DNA of 64,000 bases, taken from NCBI GenBank assembly GCA_022072125.1, contig JAJVIH010000016.1, positions 29,081 to 93,080 of the forward strand, written 5' to 3'. Under the pieces are notes generated by a model, which was not told the DNA's origin, did not search any database, and saw only the letters and a program-made list of their open reading frames with translations. The position numbers were made by a program, and so were the translations under genes. Position 1 is the first letter of the stretch, and the number at the start of each line of letters is the position of its first letter. The stretch is from Myxococcota bacterium (GTDB lineage Bacteria > Myxococcota > JAJVIH01). Shown here one piece after another: positions 62,420 to 64,000 of the stretch.

Positions 62420-64000
62420 ATGCAGGCTACCATCACCAAAGGAATGCTCATGGTCATTGCAGCCACCGCCGCCGCGCAAGCCGCGGACAGTCCATCCGCC
62501 ACCCCGATCCAGCACCGCGCCTTCGAGTATGTGACGCGATCGAAGGATGGCAAGATCGTCGAGTACCGGCACAAGAAGAACGGCATTCAGGTCCTGGTGG
62601 CGGAAAACCACGCGGCGCCGGTGGCGACCTTCATGGTGACCTATAAGGTAGGCTCCCGCAACGAGGCGGTGGGCCATACCGGATCCACTCACCTGCTCGA
62701 ACACCTGATGTTCAAGGGATCGGACCGCTTCAACAAAAAAGCGGGCACCTCGATTGACAACACGCTGCGCCCGATTGGCGCGCAGTTCAACGCCACCACC
62801 TGGAACGATCGCACCAACTACTTCGCCACGCTGCCGTCGTCCAGGCTGGAGATGTACGTGGACATGGAAGCGGATCGCATGACCAACGCCTGGATCCGCG
62901 AGGAAGATCGCCGCGACGAAATGACCGTGGTGCGCAACGAACTGGAACGCGGTGAAAACGATTTCAACGAGGTGCTGTCCAACAACCTGTATGCGCACGC
63001 CTTCAAGGCCCATCCCTATCACCACCCGACCATCGGATGGGTCAGCGATGTCGAAAACGTCAGTATCGAGCGGCTGCGCCAGTTCTACCGGGAGTTCTAT
63101 CACCCGGCCAACGCCTCGCTGATCTTCGCGGGGGATGTCACCGTGAAGCAGGCGCTGGATCTGTCGGAAAAATATTTCGGCAAGATCAGGAATCCGAAGA
63201 ACCCTCCGCCGAAGGTGTACACCACCGAACCGGAACAGCAGGGAGAAATCCGCTTCACCATCGAGCGCGACGCCCCCGCCGCCCATGTGATGATCGGCTA
63301 CCGCACCCCGCCGTCGCTGCACGAAGACACCTACGCCCTGCTGGTGCTGGACGCCATCATGTCGGGCGCCTACGGTTCCAAGGTAACCAGCCGCCTTTAC
63401 CAGGCGTTGATGGAGACCCAACTGGCGACCGAGTTTTACTCCAATCCGGATTTGTTCCACGACGAAGGCTTGTTCAAGCTCTACGCGGCGGGCCGTCCCG
63501 GAGTCCACCAGGCGGCGCTGGAACAGAAACTGCTGGAGGTCGTGGATGATATCCGCCGCAATGGCGTGCGCGCCGATGAAGTGGTGAAGGCGAAAAATCA
63601 GACCGCGGCGGCGTTCGTATACGCCCAGGAGGGAACCACCGGCCTCGCATTCAACCTGAGCGAGTCGGTGGCGCGCGGCGACTGGCGCTTCTATGAAACC
63701 TATCTGGAAAAGGTGAACAAGGTGACGGTGGATGATGTCAAGCGCGTCGCCAACAAGTACCTGGTTCCGCGCAACCGCACCGTGGGCGTGCTGCTGCCTC
63801 CGCTGGATGGACAAGGCGGCGGATCCGGGGGGCATGGACATGGTTCCGGCGGCCTCGCCTCCCGTTCGCGGGACTGGAGCGGCGTGGCGCTGCCCATCGG
63901 CTACAAGAACGCCATGGAGCATGCGGGGGGGCCGCGTTTTCTGCTGCCGCCATCCCGCGACGATTTTCCGGCGATTCCCGCCGCGTCCCCGCCTCCAGCG
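62420..64000 (+). CDS. M16 family zinc peptidase (pitrilysin-like), partial at window end
   Basis: Own translation from ATG 62420 (RBS GAGGAGAGG): MQATITKGMLMVIAATAAAQA signal peptide; HTGSTHLLEHLMFKG inverted zinc motif HxxEH. Absent from the track because there is no stop inside the window. Confidence 0.82.
   Translation, partial: MQATITKGMLMVIAATAAAQAADSPSATPIQHRAFEYVTRSKDGKIVEYRHKKNGIQVLVAENHAAPVATFMVTYKVGSRNEAVGHTGSTHLLEHLMFKGSDRFNKKAGTSIDNTLRPIGAQFNATTWNDRTNYFATLPSSRLEMYVDMEADRMTNAWIREEDRRDEMTVVRNELERGENDFNEVLSNNLYAHAFKAHPYHHPTIGWVSDVENVSIERLRQFYREFYHPANASLIFAGDVTVKQALDLSEKYFGKIRNPKNPPPKVYTTEPEQQGEIRFTIERDAPAAHVMIGYRTPPSLHEDTYALLVLDAIMSGAYGSKVTSRLYQALMETQLATEFYSNPDLFHDEGLFKLYAAGRPGVHQAALEQKLLEVVDDIRRNGVRADEVVKAKNQTAAAFVYAQEGTTGLAFNLSESVARGDWRFYETYLEKVNKVTVDDVKRVANKYLVPRNRTVGVLLPPLDGQGGGSGGHGHGSGGLASRSRDWSGVALPIGYKNAMEHAGGPRFLLPPSRDDFPAIPAASPPPA

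Noticed and set aside
62363-63922. 519-aa minus-strand ORF near the window end
   Set aside because: Antisense to the clearly recognisable M16 peptidase gene (HxxEH motif) on the plus strand.

Overview
High-GC (about 70%) bacterial chromosomal segment with a dense mix of housekeeping genes and many lipoprotein or exported-protein genes. The lipoprotein density, a DUF4339/TonB_C protein, Cys-rich EGF-like repeats and WD40 proteins suggest a Myxococcota-like organism (inference). CDS coordinates follow the supplied ORF track with starts refined by reading the sequence; features located by line counting (tRNA, terminators, promoters, riboswitch, edge genes) may be off by 1-2 nt. Housekeeping content: partial glycosyltransferase, tRNA-Gly(CCC), spoVR, a DUF58/BatA vWA cluster without a MoxR ATPase, rlmN, mtnP, orphan groES, fur, panD, dnaB, CPA2 antiporter, sfsA, icd, mdh, mevalonate-pathway mvaD plus a frameshifted phosphomevalonate kinase, hemC, and an lpd-E1alpha-E1beta-E2 2-oxoacid dehydrogenase cluster. 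The best candidate for an undescribed system is a cobalamin-riboswitch-like leader (about 51520-51700) directly upstream of a translationally coupled three-gene operon. That operon encodes a lipoprotein with two tandem ~100-aa repeats ending GCGGFSWTKL, a second lipoprotein, and a Tat-exported Rieske [2Fe-2S] protein. Other notable loci: a lipoprotein / beta-propeller-cytochrome c peroxidase / di-heme peroxidase operon near fur; a 1172-aa Gly-rich surface lipoprotein; an E2 acyltransferase lacking any lipoyl domain; an about 740-bp extremely GC-rich non-coding island next to an orphan groES; and a low-GC tRNA-adjacent stretch carrying a small RHH-like protein. No CRISPR arrays, rRNA or clear mobile elements were seen.
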